A stretch of DNA of 64,000 nt from Candidatus Cloacimonadota bacterium. GTDB lineage: Bacteria > Cloacimonadota > Cloacimonadia > JGIOTU-2. Numbering within the stretch: the first letter of the stretch is position 1; each line of letters opens with the position of its first letter. A model generated the notes under the pieces. That model saw only the letters and a list, made by a program, of their open reading frames with translations, was not told the DNA's origin and searched no databases. Made by a program: the position numbers and the translations under genes. This document shows positions 18,106 through 28,351 of the stretch, in pieces. The DNA lies in the NCBI GenBank assembly GCA_049903315.1, contig JBNGBT010000006.1, positions 32,001 through 96,000 on the forward strand. The letters are read 5' to 3'.

Positions 18106-20583
18106 ATGTTAAAGAATAGGTCTCTTTTAATTTTGGTAATTTTATTTTTAGTTGCAGTCTTAACTGTTCTAAGCTGCGGACGTAAAGGCACATTAAATCC
18201 TAATGTAGCTCCTTATATTGAAATCTCGGATTATAGTGGTATTGCTCGCCCTGATACTGTTCTCACTGATTCTGCTATGTCACACGTGATCGGCAATCTT
18301 ATTGATCCTGCTATTTACGATTCGATTTTTTATCAAGAAATATTTTGGAGAGCGTGGGATGTTGATGGTGTCGTGAAATCGTTCGCCTATAGAATAGGAA
18401 CCTGGGATAGTCTAAGTGAAGACTGGCAATATGATCAAACCTATGGAGTGAATGTAAGCGAAGATGGATGGGTACTGCACCTTCAGCCAAATGGCGAGTA
18501 TGGTATATGGACACCACTTAAAGAACGATTCCCCAAAACTCAAGTGTATTTTACCGCAAAGGATACAGCTGATTATAAGAAAAATTTTGGCAAATTTGAA
18601 GTAAAATGCAAGGATAATTACGGTGAAGAATCAGAAGCAGCTGTGCGTTATTTCTGCAGTTGGTCAGATGTTCCAAGTACAAGTGTCCAAACTTCACAGG
18701 GCAGTATTGATTCATTAAGAGTTGGCTCAGCAATACTTTTTAACTTCACAGTTCTTCATGATGATGATCCATTCGGTTATGGCTCTGAAGCTGCATATTA
18801 CAAATATCGTTTGATGTATTACCACAGTACAGGAACAGACACGGTAGAAATTAGTGGCGTTGGAGAAGTTCTGGACAGTACGCAATGGTATTCCACAGAA
18901 GGATATCCGATTAAGGACGAAGTCCTCCTTAAGGCTCAATACCACGATGGCAATCCATATGGAAAACCGGAATTGAAAGTGAATGAGAAATTTGCTGATG
19001 GCACTTTTGAGATGACAGAAATTCAAGTTAAAACAGTAGATAAAGCAGGTATTGTTGACCCGGATTACGCTAGTATGATTTTCTTTGTCCGTGGGTATTT
19101 CCATCCAGATACAGCACCATTTATGGCGCAGTGGGCAACGTATCTTCCGGATTTTTTGAAGAATAGTTCACTCAATATTTTACCTCATATTTTTGTGATC
19201 AGCGATTATACATGGTTGAATTATCTCTGCGAAAATGAAGATATTCCAAAACGGGTTATCGGAAATGAAAATCATTATGCCAACCAGTTTTATATGGCGA
19301 AGGATACTACTTTGACAGCCATTTGGTCCAGCAATATAGAAATTTACATGAACTGGGAATATCTTGGACAATTTGAATACGATGTTACACGCGGAAGAGT
19401 CGCAGCAAATCATACATACTTTTATGATGCGAACCTTGATGAATATATTCAGTATTTCTGTGATGTTGAGTATATGGACATTAGGCTGGATGGTGGCACT
19501 GATGGCTTACCGCCAGTCGGAACAGTTATCACGGATAATGTCACAGGAGAAGAATGGATGCGTTTACCGATCTATGAAGATCAAACCTGTAAGTTATTTA
19601 ATCTCTCTACCGGTGAGCATACATTCGAAGTGCGTTCCGTCGACTTTCAGGGAGCTGCTGATCCAACACCGGCAAGCATCACGTTCTATCTGCATGCACC
19701 AATACTTGGAGCTCAAAAAGAAGGCTTGTTAATAGTTGATGATACTCAAAATCAAATTATCTTTGCAGTAGAAGATTCCGTGAATAAATTCTATCAAGAT
19801 CTTACAGCACATTGTACGGAAAGCATAGAATGGTTTGACCTGCGCGATGCAAACCTTACATACATATATAACAAGAACAAGCAGCTCAGAAATGATGACA
19901 TGGCTCCAAACTTTGCACCTTCAGATATCCAGCAGTATAAAATGATACTATGGTATGCGAATGATCCTAAGGGTTTCTACAGCGATGTGACAAAAGTTCA
20001 CCTGGTACAACACTACGATCTGATGCGTTATTATATGATCTCTGGTGGTTCAACTCTCTTTACTGGAACAGCTAAGGTTTCCGATCCTCTTACACCTGCA
20101 ACAAGGAATTTCCTTCAGTTGTATGGAGGGCTTGCAGATACCCTATCTGCTTTAAGTCAAGAGCTTGATACGAATAGCTGGCTTTGGGGAACTCCCAATA
20201 CTACAAACTCAATGTTTGTTGCTGCAAATGGGCAAAACGGATTTGCGAGTATCGATACATTACATCTTAATTGGGACCTTTACAAGTTCCCAACTGGTGC
20301 AAGTTTCCCGGGATACTGGATTATGCCCACAAATCCCCTTGGTAAGATCAGTAATGTCACATTCCTCAATGTTGGTAATGCAGAACCAATATTTTCTTGC
20401 GTGACAGATACATTGGCGATCCATCAGCAATTTGGAGGTGCGACAATGGGGACGAAATACACTCACCAATCAGCACAGAAACCAGTGTACTTACTCGGAT
20501 TTCCTCTGTACTACATGATGCCGGATGACTCAAAAGACTTTATTGATATCATCTTTGACGAAGTGGGTGTAGCTCATAATTAA
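18106..20583 (+). CDS. Large uncharacterised lipoprotein (Ig/FN3-like repeats plus C-terminal alpha/beta domain)
   Basis: Signal peptide with lipobox VLSC; repeated FEV.....G..DP..A beta motifs (GEHTFEVRSVDFQGAADPTPA); SD GGGAGG. Confidence 0.75.
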   Translation: MLKNRSLLILVILFLVAVLTVLSCGRKGTLNPNVAPYIEISDYSGIARPDTVLTDSAMSHVIGNLIDPAIYDSIFYQEIFWRAWDVDGVVKSFAYRIGTWDSLSEDWQYDQTYGVNVSEDGWVLHLQPNGEYGIWTPLKERFPKTQVYFTAKDTADYKKNFGKFEVKCKDNYGEESEAAVRYFCSWSDVPSTSVQTSQGSIDSLRVGSAILFNFTVLHDDDPFGYGSEAAYYKYRLMYYHSTGTDTVEISGVGEVLDSTQWYSTEGYPIKDEVLLKAQYHDGNPYGKPELKVNEKFADGTFEMTEIQVKTVDKAGIVDPDYASMIFFVRGYFHPDTAPFMAQWATYLPDFLKNSSLNILPHIFVISDYTWLNYLCENEDIPKRVIGNENHYANQFYMAKDTTLTAIWSSNIEIYMNWEYLGQFEYDVTRGRVAANHTYFYDANLDEYIQYFCDVEYMDIRLDGGTDGLPPVGTVITDNVTGEEWMRLPIYEDQTCKLFNLSTGEHTFEVRSVDFQGAADPTPASITFYLHAPILGAQKEGLLIVDDTQNQIIFAVEDSVNKFYQDLTAHCTESIEWFDLRDANLTYIYNKNKQLRNDDMAPNFAPSDIQQYKMILWYANDPKGFYSDVTKVHLVQHYDLMRYYMISGGSTLFTGTAKVSDPLTPATRNFLQLYGGLADTLSALSQELDTNSWLWGTPNTTNSMFVAANGQNGFASIDTLHLNWDLYKFPTGASFPGYWIMPTNPLGKISNVTFLNVGNAEPIFSCVTDTLAIHQQFGGATMGTKYTHQSAQKPVYLLGFPLYYMMPDDSKDFIDIIFDEVGVAHN

Positions 20584-20603
20584 TTAGATAAACTATAGTA
20601 AAT

Positions 20604-20641
20604 AAAAAGGCGAAATCAATTACGATTTCGCCTTCTTTTTT
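20604..20641. terminator. Bidirectional intrinsic terminator
   Basis: AAGGCGAAATC-aattac-GATTTCGCCTT with flanking A and T tracts between convergent genes. Confidence 0.85.
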
Positions 20642-20653
20642 ATATGAAAAGAA

Positions 20654-21682
20654 TTATGATAAGTACTTATTAGCAAAGAACTTAAAGAAATCTTTCTGGA
20701 TTGTTGTCTTCACAGTGCGAAGTGCACGATTCTTTGCCTCTGTTAAATTTAGATGACCTTCACGATCACTTTTTGTATATAATACAGCTTCAGCATTGCT
20801 AAGCTTATCAATAATAGTTATAGAAAGTTCCCATCGGACAAACTCTTCATCCCTTTCGAGATCAATCTGGGATATCGATAATGAACTCTCGATGCGAAAA
20901 TCAATATAATCCGCATCTGCTGCGCTGGCATATACCATGAAACCGAAGTTATTGAAAACTTCTTTGAGATAATCTTCAAGATAATCATAATACTCACCCG
21001 AACCTATCACAAAAACATGAATTGTTTTTGCAAAAGTGTTTCTTTCTGCCACAAGTTTCTCAAGAGGGTGTTTTAACTCTAAACCAGCATGTGAAGGAGA
21101 TATAATTCGAAGCTGCGCGTTTAAAATCTCATTCTGTTCAGCAAGATCAATTGCATCGCTGAGATATTTAAGTTTATCCAGTTTGGACGTGCCGCCCTCG
21201 TATTGGGAGTAGTATTGATCAATTTTCTGAGTGTTTTGCATGATTTCACTGTGATATATATCTTCGGTTTCACTCCTTTTGAGATAGGCAATAACATAAT
21301 ATTCACCACTGTTTGGATCAAAATAAGAATCACCGATCTTCACATTTTTCAGTGTCTGTTCACTCTGGATTTGAGTAAGATTTCTCATTTTTTCTTCTGC
21401 AGTCAGCGATGTTTTATCTCCCACAGTCGTTTCTTCAAACTTTTGCGTGAGTGTTTCATCCGATTTGATATCTGCCTGAAATATTTTTGAAAGATTTGAA
21501 TACGCATCTTTTTCTGCAGATTTCTTTGTATCACCCGAGCCAACAGCAGAGAGGTAATATGCATCTTTAAATTTTGACTGCGGATTCATGATCCATTCTG
21601 GAGTCTTGTTCTTTTTCGCAGTGACCATCGAAGGGGCACAGGACATAAAAATCACGACGAATAATATAATAAATTTTTTCAT
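20654..21682 (-). CDS. LPP20-family lipoprotein
   Basis: Lipobox FMSC, P.WI...YLSAVGSG....A...A...LSKIF motif; in an operon with lpoB. Confidence 0.7.
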   Translation of the reverse strand: MKKFIILFVVIFMSCAPSMVTAKKNKTPEWIMNPQSKFKDAYYLSAVGSGDTKKSAEKDAYSNLSKIFQADIKSDETLTQKFEETTVGDKTSLTAEEKMRNLTQIQSEQTLKNVKIGDSYFDPNSGEYYVIAYLKRSETEDIYHSEIMQNTQKIDQYYSQYEGGTSKLDKLKYLSDAIDLAEQNEILNAQLRIISPSHAGLELKHPLEKLVAERNTFAKTIHVFVIGSGEYYDYLEDYLKEVFNNFGFMVYASAADADYIDFRIESSLSISQIDLERDEEFVRWELSITIIDKLSNAEAVLYTKSDREGHLNLTEAKNRALRTVKTTIQKDFFKFFANKYLS

Positions 21683-21690
21683 GGTTGTTC

Positions 21691-23217
21691 CTAATCTAAA
21701 TAATATGATTCGATTAAATTAAGTCCGTCTTTACTGACCTCTTTTTGTTCTATAAAATCAGAAAAGACAAGCTTATTCTTTGTGTCAAAGTAATTGATTC
21801 TGATACTATGAGTTCCCGGATCTATGGGTACATTACCGATATATGCCATTGACGGAAAGAAGCGGGATATACGAAGATCAGCATTCTCAGTCGCATCAAC
21901 CGCAACATCGGTAGCGATCATTGCGAGTTTCCCAAAAAGATTATCGCCTACTTGATTGACCATTTCCTGTTTTCCCTTTTCTGCAAGCAATCCTTTTACA
22001 ACTGTTCTTGTTATCGTCTTAAGATAGATAAGAGGTTCCTTGATCTTATACGTGACAAATGCAGCATTCTCTAGACTTTCCAGCGGGTACAATTCATACA
22101 TCTGCTTATCATCCACCATGACTTCAATTCGGCTGATATCAGTACCGAGTTTTTCCATATAGGGAAGGGGGAATTTAAAATGATATCCCGCTTCCATGCC
22201 TTCCCATTCAATGATATCAAGTGTGGCAAGCTCCTGTTTAGGTTCTTCCTGAACTGTTGCTTTTTTTGTTGTTCCTGAGGATGTTGAGCTGGCTTGTTCT
22301 CTTGGTTTTGTTGTACCGGAAGTTGATGAACCCGCTTCTTTCTTTTTAGGCTCTATCTTTTTAACGTCACCGGGAACTTCCTCGGAAGTTGCTATTATAA
22401 GCATATCCTTCTCGGTGTGTATCCAGAGAGTGTTTGCTTTTTTTTCAGGTGAATTTCCAACAAATGTCAGAAAATAGAGCTGTGCTTTATCAGTGCGGTC
22501 GAGATAGTTCTCGAGCTTTGGTTGTGAAAAATCATAGACTATCGGTTGCAGTTCAAAAGCTTCTTGAATTTCTGCCATGTCAATTCTCGCATCATCGATC
22601 TTATCATCAGCCTTGTACATGAGCATGCTGAGGTAACGGGCAAGTGCAGAATTTTGGAATTTATTATCACCTATCTTAAATTCTTTTTTCTTATCCTTCG
22701 ATTCGTTATATTTCTTGGCTAACTCCGCATACTTATCATCGAGAATGTTGAGTTTGTTATTCACCCTTCTTATCTCCACAAAAGCATCATCGAATTTGTT
22801 CAAGTGCAGGTAATTAAGCGCTTTGAAAACATTTAAATAGATATCTTCATAGTCTTCACCGAAATAATCAAGGGCATTATCATTTAACAGCATGGAAGCT
22901 GCAGCTTTACCGACGCTTTTTGTGTAAAGATCTTCGATGGCATATTCGGCTTCAGTCAGGTATTCATTGCTCTTTTCATAATTACCATCGTAATGATAAA
23001 GCATTCCCATATCGAGGTAGAACAGAACTTTTTCCTTTTCCTTATAAAATTTATCTTTAGATTCCTCGATCTGTTCAAGGCACGCATCGTAATCCTGTTG
23101 TTTAAGTTTTTCTGCAACTCCGACATACTGTCCTTTTGATGTTCGCATGCTCGAGCAGCCCATAAAAGTTACGATAAGAAGCGATGCTATGATGATTGAC
23201 ACTAATATTTTTTTCAT
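21691..23217 (-). CDS. COG3014-like TPR lipoprotein
   Basis: Lipobox FMGC, LFYLDMGML.H..G.Y..S, Y.GEDYE, AFVEIRR, TENADLR; start set at MKKILV. Confidence 0.75.
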   Translation of the reverse strand: MKKILVSIIIASLLIVTFMGCSSMRTSKGQYVGVAEKLKQQDYDACLEQIEESKDKFYKEKEKVLFYLDMGMLYHYDGNYEKSNEYLTEAEYAIEDLYTKSVGKAAASMLLNDNALDYFGEDYEDIYLNVFKALNYLHLNKFDDAFVEIRRVNNKLNILDDKYAELAKKYNESKDKKKEFKIGDNKFQNSALARYLSMLMYKADDKIDDARIDMAEIQEAFELQPIVYDFSQPKLENYLDRTDKAQLYFLTFVGNSPEKKANTLWIHTEKDMLIIATSEEVPGDVKKIEPKKKEAGSSTSGTTKPREQASSTSSGTTKKATVQEEPKQELATLDIIEWEGMEAGYHFKFPLPYMEKLGTDISRIEVMVDDKQMYELYPLESLENAAFVTYKIKEPLIYLKTITRTVVKGLLAEKGKQEMVNQVGDNLFGKLAMIATDVAVDATENADLRISRFFPSMAYIGNVPIDPGTHSIRINYFDTKNKLVFSDFIEQKEVSKDGLNLIESYYLD

Positions 23218-23222
23218 TGTTA

Positions 23223-23825
23223 CTACCATTTAAGTTTTGATTGCTCGATCATCTTCTTAATTTTCTTTGATCCCATCCATACGATCTCGTTCGATTCAAG
23301 ATTTACAAGATTCATGTCTGCCTGGTAATACACTACTTTTTTCCCGTCAACAGCATCTTCGATAGAAGAGAGGGTTCCTTGCAACATAAAGTCAGCACCG
23401 AGTTCCTGTGCTAATCTCTTTGCGGTTTCTTCTGATGCCTGGCTTTGCTGGTCAAGACGTTCATCGCGGATTTCGTCTCTCTGCTTTTTGGCAGCGACAA
23501 AGCGGACTTTGCCGGAATTCACAAGTTCTCTTTCAATATCTGTGGAAAAGGTTTCAGTATTGATATGCTCACTTGTTTTATTTCCAATTGTTCCGACTAT
23601 GACGATGGGTTTTTCGTCATATTCATTCATCCAGTTATACAGCCAGTTCGCATCCAGCACGTCTTCGACGATATTTTCTGAGACTTGACGCGCATCTGTA
23701 TCATTCCACCTGCCGCTTAGATCAGTTATCGTATCACTGGCAACGCGTGACACCTGTTTGGTGGGACCTCCACATGAAATGATAAGCGCAATTACTGCGA
23801 AAAATAACACACTCTTTCTTAACAT
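23223..23825 (-). CDS. lpoB: Penicillin-binding protein activator LpoB-like lipoprotein
   Basis: Lipobox IISC, DLSGRWNDTD, NKTSEHI, LVNSGKVRFV, GADFML.G, YYQ..L...ESNEIVW...K.IKK. Confidence 0.82.
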   Translation of the reverse strand: MLRKSVLFFAVIALIISCGGPTKQVSRVASDTITDLSGRWNDTDARQVSENIVEDVLDANWLYNWMNEYDEKPIVIVGTIGNKTSEHINTETFSTDIERELVNSGKVRFVAAKKQRDEIRDERLDQQSQASEETAKRLAQELGADFMLQGTLSSIEDAVDGKKVVYYQADMNLVNLESNEIVWMGSKKIKKMIEQSKLKW

Positions 23826-23892
23826 TGTATCCTCCTGATAATTATTTTAATAATTCATTTTAATTTGGTAAAATTTTTGTCAAATAAAGAAT

Positions 23893-23923
23893 AAAAAAGC
23901 CTGCTCAAATCTGAACAGGCTTT
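23893..23923 (-). terminator. Intrinsic terminator, copy 1 of a repeated family
   Basis: Minus strand AGCCTGTTC-N6-GAGCAGGCT followed by a U run; near-identical copies at 26080 and 30605. Confidence 0.85.
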
Positions 23924-23947
23924 AATATCTGTGCGGAATTTCGGTTT

Positions 23948-25984
23948 TTATCGCGAAAGTAACATTTTATTAATTTGAGAACTACCATCAATATTAACCT
24001 TATAGAAATATATTCCATTACTTGCATTATTTCCATGCAAATCTGTGCCGTCCCAAACTGCGAATCCTTCTGTAGGAGAATTTCCATTTTGAGATTCGAG
24101 GATGTTTATTAGTTGTCCTCTCGCATTGTAGATTGTTACAGAAGGTGCATGAATAGGTTTTTTGGATGAAAATGAAATTGTTGTATAAGAATTAAATGGA
24201 TTAGGAAAGTTCACTGTTTTTATATTTGGAAACCCGGGTTCTTCTTCAACATCCCAGAAATAAAAATATATATCAACCTCGCAATAATTTATATTTCCAC
24301 CTGAGTTATCCCCAAATCCTAACACATGAGAGCCAAATGAGTTATCATCATAATAATACAGCAGGACTTTTCCCCATAAATCAGAATAGTCGGATACTAT
24401 ATTTTGTTCGAGATACGGATACACTGTAATTTGATCTGAGAAGTCGAAGTTCGGATTATTGATATCGGTCAATTCGAGTAATTTATATCCACCCCAAACA
24501 CCCCTTGCGCCGATGCATATAACAGGATGTTCCAGATAATCAGAATAATTTGAATATCCCAAGTGTGCGAGTGTGCTGTATGTCGCATCAGACCAGCAAT
24601 GTATAAAGGGAACAGAATATGTTGAAATGGCATTACTTTGTTTATCACTATATTTATTTCCAGGATATGCAACAACTACATATAAAACAGTGTCATTACC
24701 GGTAATTTCCCATGGAACCGAGTGATACGACTGAGTATCTGTACCTGGCAGCCGCGGTATCTCATTAAACACGAATTCTTTTTCATCACTCAACCAATAA
24801 GCATCGATTTGTGGATGGAAGTTTTCTACATAAAAAGTATTTCTTGTTTCAGGATCAGTATAGGAATAACATGTAAGCAGGGTCGCATGTAAATCACCGT
24901 GAATATTGTATAGCGCCGTGTTATTATAACCGAAAATATCTACATCGAGATAATCCGGAATGAATCCATTAAATTCAAATTGAGGTAAATTCTCAACCTG
25001 ATAAAAGGCTGAACTTGTTCCCTGGTTGTGATTGTAAAGGTTAGCATAATCCCAAGTCTCTCCATAATCATAAGATTCCCAGACAAATAGACCTTGATTT
25101 ACCGGCATGTTGCCGAGATCTCCTTCCATCCATGTGCAATATCCAATCATGCTTACTTTGCCGGGAGTACTTTCATCGACTGAAAATGAAAGGGATCTTG
25201 CCCTACACGATTTATCGATCCATAGCTGCATGGGGAAAATACAAGTCCAATTACTTGTATTCAGGATTTCATCGCAACTTCCATAATATCCTTCAATATC
25301 AATAAACATAATTCTTACATCGTTGCAGTTTGCAATATTTTGAGAAATATGATAAACTCTCGTCCAACCATCACCATTTGGTGATATGCCAGTGTATAAT
25401 CTGGGCCAGATATACTCATCGGGAGTCATAGAAGAAAAAAATGAAACGGAAGACCAGAATCCGGGAATACCCAGAAGTGAATAATCATCATAACATATCG
25501 TACATCCATACTGTGAACCGGAAGGATTTTCATTCCATGACGCAATACAATTCCCAGATGCAGGATGTATCGCACATGTGCCATATCCCTGATTAACATC
25601 ACCGGCGGTAATAGTTCCCCAATTACCACCTATAGTACCAGATGCATCTCTATAAGCATAATACTGGAGACGTGTTGCATTAGAATCTGCTGTGCCAAAC
25701 CAGGTTAAATATGTCCCATTTTCATAACCCGTTTGCTTGCGTATAGTACGTCCATTAAAACCACCGGGCATATAATCGTAGTATGAGTTCATTATCGTTG
25801 TTGGTTGTTTAATGAATTCATATTGAACATTTGTATTGATTCCTTCGGTATAAGGAAGAATTATGGTTCCTCTGTCAAGTCCCGAAACAGGGATGAGATT
25901 TCTGTCTGCTTGGTTAAACTCCTCAGCTGATAAAAATGAAGTAAGTAAAAGAAATGAAATTAATATACATATTTTTTTATACAT
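23948..25984 (-). CDS. Secreted Asp-box protein with T9SS/FlgD-Ig-type CTD, paralog 1
   Basis: Signal peptide MYKKICIL (SD GGAGGG at 25989-25994), SYYDYMPG, Asp-box ESYDYGETW, CTD NFPNPFN...IYNARGQ...WDG...NGIYFYKV...KMLLSR. Confidence 0.85.
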   Translation of the reverse strand: MYKKICILISFLLLTSFLSAEEFNQADRNLIPVSGLDRGTIILPYTEGINTNVQYEFIKQPTTIMNSYYDYMPGGFNGRTIRKQTGYENGTYLTWFGTADSNATRLQYYAYRDASGTIGGNWGTITAGDVNQGYGTCAIHPASGNCIASWNENPSGSQYGCTICYDDYSLLGIPGFWSSVSFFSSMTPDEYIWPRLYTGISPNGDGWTRVYHISQNIANCNDVRIMFIDIEGYYGSCDEILNTSNWTCIFPMQLWIDKSCRARSLSFSVDESTPGKVSMIGYCTWMEGDLGNMPVNQGLFVWESYDYGETWDYANLYNHNQGTSSAFYQVENLPQFEFNGFIPDYLDVDIFGYNNTALYNIHGDLHATLLTCYSYTDPETRNTFYVENFHPQIDAYWLSDEKEFVFNEIPRLPGTDTQSYHSVPWEITGNDTVLYVVVAYPGNKYSDKQSNAISTYSVPFIHCWSDATYSTLAHLGYSNYSDYLEHPVICIGARGVWGGYKLLELTDINNPNFDFSDQITVYPYLEQNIVSDYSDLWGKVLLYYYDDNSFGSHVLGFGDNSGGNINYCEVDIYFYFWDVEEEPGFPNIKTVNFPNPFNSYTTISFSSKKPIHAPSVTIYNARGQLINILESQNGNSPTEGFAVWDGTDLHGNNASNGIYFYKVNIDGSSQINKMLLSR

Positions 25985-26079
25985 ATGACCCTCCAAGTCA
26001 TTTTCTTTTTCTCCAGTTTTTGATCCTTTTTTCATATAAACTCCACAAGGTAAAAAAAAATATAAAAAACTATTTTGTC

Positions 26080-26112
26080 AAAAAAAAGCCTGCTCGAAGG
26101 TGAACAGGCTTT
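26080..26112 (-). terminator. Intrinsic terminator, copy 2 of the repeated family
   Basis: Plus-strand aaaaaaaagcctgctc-gaaggt-gaacaggcttt. Confidence 0.85.
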
Positions 26113-26136
26113 AATATTTGTGGGGAATTTGTAGCT

Positions 26137-28218
26137 TTATCGGGTAAGCATCATCTTTTGCACTTGCGCAAAACCATCGATTTCCACCTTATAGAGATAG
26201 ATGCCATTTGCCACATCATTGCCGTGCATATCTTTTCCATTCCAGACTGCGTAGCCATGTGTTGTATTTTCAACTTCATTCATATCGAGAATTTTTACAA
26301 GCTGCCCTTTTGTATTATAAATGCTGACAGCAGAATGAGTAATCGGTCGGGATGAAGTAAAAGATATCTTTGTTGAACCAGAAGCAGGATTAGGATAATT
26401 TGATAGCGAGAGTGTTGGATTAGGGATTTCATGATCAACGTCAAACATTGAAAAATCAATCAAAATTTCACAATAGTTGATTTGTCCGCCATTGTTTTGT
26501 CCCTGTCCGCTTTGAGAAAATGAACCAAATGAGTTGTCATCATAATAATACAAATATACAAGACCCCAGTCGTCGCCAAGATCGACAATATAATCACTTA
26601 GATTGGGATAGGCGGTAATTTCTCCTGAGAAATCATACAATGTACTGTAAATATCGGTTAATTCAATTGGATCAGACCACGTTTGACCATTATTTCGGGA
26701 AGCCGACAAATAGAGGACTGGATGTTCTGCATATGCTTGATAAGCAGGATCTCCATCTTCAGCAAGTTGCACGTAGGTGCCATCAGCCCAGAGTTGAACC
26801 ATCCAATCTTTTGTCCTGTTGATCGCGTTTCTCTGGCAGTTTTCATGGAAAACGTTCGATGTTCCAGGATATTTGCTAAAAGTAACTGTAGTATAAAGAA
26901 GAGTATCAGGTCCGATTATCTCCCACGGAACAGTATGTCCGGAAAGTGGATCTATGCCGGGCATACCCGGAACTTCACGATATTCCCAGCTAGATCCAGT
27001 CCATATGGCTTCTGCCTGAGGAAGGAAATGATTAAAATAATAGAAATCTCCTGCCGCATCTGTATAACCATATTCTTGCATAAATGTGAAATGAAGATTT
27101 CCATCTGCATCATATAATGCCGTGTTATGACATCCTGCAAGCTGGACTTCGATCTCATCAAGAATAGTACTGCTATTATCTTTGAATTGAGGAATATTTT
27201 CCACTACATAGATCGTCTCACCAGGTCCATCGCTACGCAGGTTTGCCTGATCCCATGTCGTACCATAATCGAAAGACTCCCACACAAAGAAACCTTCATC
27301 AACAGGCATATCACCAAGATCACCTTCCAACCAGATATCGTATCCAATGATTGCAACTTTGCCGGGATTTTCATAGTCGATCGCAAAAGCCTGAGAATAT
27401 GGTCTGCAAGATTTCGCGCGCCAATAATGCATCGGGGTGCATGTGGTCCAATTAGCTAAGTTCAGAATTTGTGAAAGATCCGCGGTGAATAGGTTTTCAA
27501 TGTCCGTATACATGATTCGGGTATCTTCGCATGCATTCCCAAAAGAATCATTAGTAAAATTCTTTGCTATTTGGTACAAGCGCAACCATCCATCGCCTAG
27601 AGGGGATGGTCCAAGGTAGAAATACGGCCAGTCATATTCATCGGGCAAATCTGGCGGCAAATAAGTTATCGATGACCAGAAGCCGGGGATTCCCAGGAGT
27701 GCGAAATCATCATACACAAAGGTTGTTCCGTAAAAGTTAGTCCCTTCACCATCTTCATGCCAGGTTGCGAGACAGTTGCCTGTGGCAGGATGGACAGTAC
27801 AACTTCCATATCCCTGCCAAATATCATAATTAGAAATTGTACCCCACGATTCATTAAGCCCCTGGTCATTGATGTAGGCGTAGTATTGCCTGCGGTTTAC
27901 GGTTGTAGTTGCTGTTCCAAACCACGTCAGATAATACCCGGATCCGTTCTCAGTTTGGATTCCAAAAGGAAAACCCTCATATGAACCGGGCATATAATCA
28001 TAATATGAAGTCATGATCGTCGTGGGATCAGTTTTAAATTCATAGTCAGGGACAGGATAATTTTCTCTATGCACAACAGAAGTGACAGGAATTAATCTTG
28101 AGGTATCATAATTAGTATAGGGGATTGCTTTCCTCTTAGGTTGTTGCATCGATTTTGCTTGCAAAGCACATACTGACACAAAAAGTAGCAGCATGAGCGC
28201 AAAAATAATCTTTTTCAT
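26137..28218 (-). CDS. Secreted Asp-box protein with T9SS/FlgD-Ig-type CTD, paralog 2
   Basis: Signal peptide, SYYDYMPGSY, Asp-boxes ESFDYGTTW and SRNNGQTW, CTD NYPNP...WNGKD..GNDVANGIYLYK...KMMLTR. Confidence 0.87.
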   Translation of the reverse strand: MKKIIFALMLLLFVSVCALQAKSMQQPKRKAIPYTNYDTSRLIPVTSVVHRENYPVPDYEFKTDPTTIMTSYYDYMPGSYEGFPFGIQTENGSGYYLTWFGTATTTVNRRQYYAYINDQGLNESWGTISNYDIWQGYGSCTVHPATGNCLATWHEDGEGTNFYGTTFVYDDFALLGIPGFWSSITYLPPDLPDEYDWPYFYLGPSPLGDGWLRLYQIAKNFTNDSFGNACEDTRIMYTDIENLFTADLSQILNLANWTTCTPMHYWRAKSCRPYSQAFAIDYENPGKVAIIGYDIWLEGDLGDMPVDEGFFVWESFDYGTTWDQANLRSDGPGETIYVVENIPQFKDNSSTILDEIEVQLAGCHNTALYDADGNLHFTFMQEYGYTDAAGDFYYFNHFLPQAEAIWTGSSWEYREVPGMPGIDPLSGHTVPWEIIGPDTLLYTTVTFSKYPGTSNVFHENCQRNAINRTKDWMVQLWADGTYVQLAEDGDPAYQAYAEHPVLYLSASRNNGQTWSDPIELTDIYSTLYDFSGEITAYPNLSDYIVDLGDDWGLVYLYYYDDNSFGSFSQSGQGQNNGGQINYCEILIDFSMFDVDHEIPNPTLSLSNYPNPASGSTKISFTSSRPITHSAVSIYNTKGQLVKILDMNEVENTTHGYAVWNGKDMHGNDVANGIYLYKVEIDGFAQVQKMMLTR

Positions 28219-28301
28219 TACATCTCCTATCTGTTACTCAATGTAATGGTCTTATAAGAAGTATATAAAAACTCACGACCTCCAAGAAAAGACCTCCATT
28301 G

Positions 28302-28337
28302 AAAAAGGGATGCCTGCCCTTTTGGGACAGGCATCCC
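28302..28337 (-). terminator. Intrinsic terminator
   Basis: Minus strand GGGATGCCTGTCCC-AAAA-GGGCAGGCATCCC-TTTTT; shares the GCCTG/CAGGC core with the other copies. Confidence 0.88.
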
Positions 28338-28351
28338 GTGTAACAAATGAT

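Noticed and set aside
28277..28300. Tandem GACCTCCA repeats (minus-strand GGAGGTC) upstream of paralog 2
   Set aside because: They lead only to ORFs under 10 codons; probably leftovers of duplicated ribosome-binding regions.
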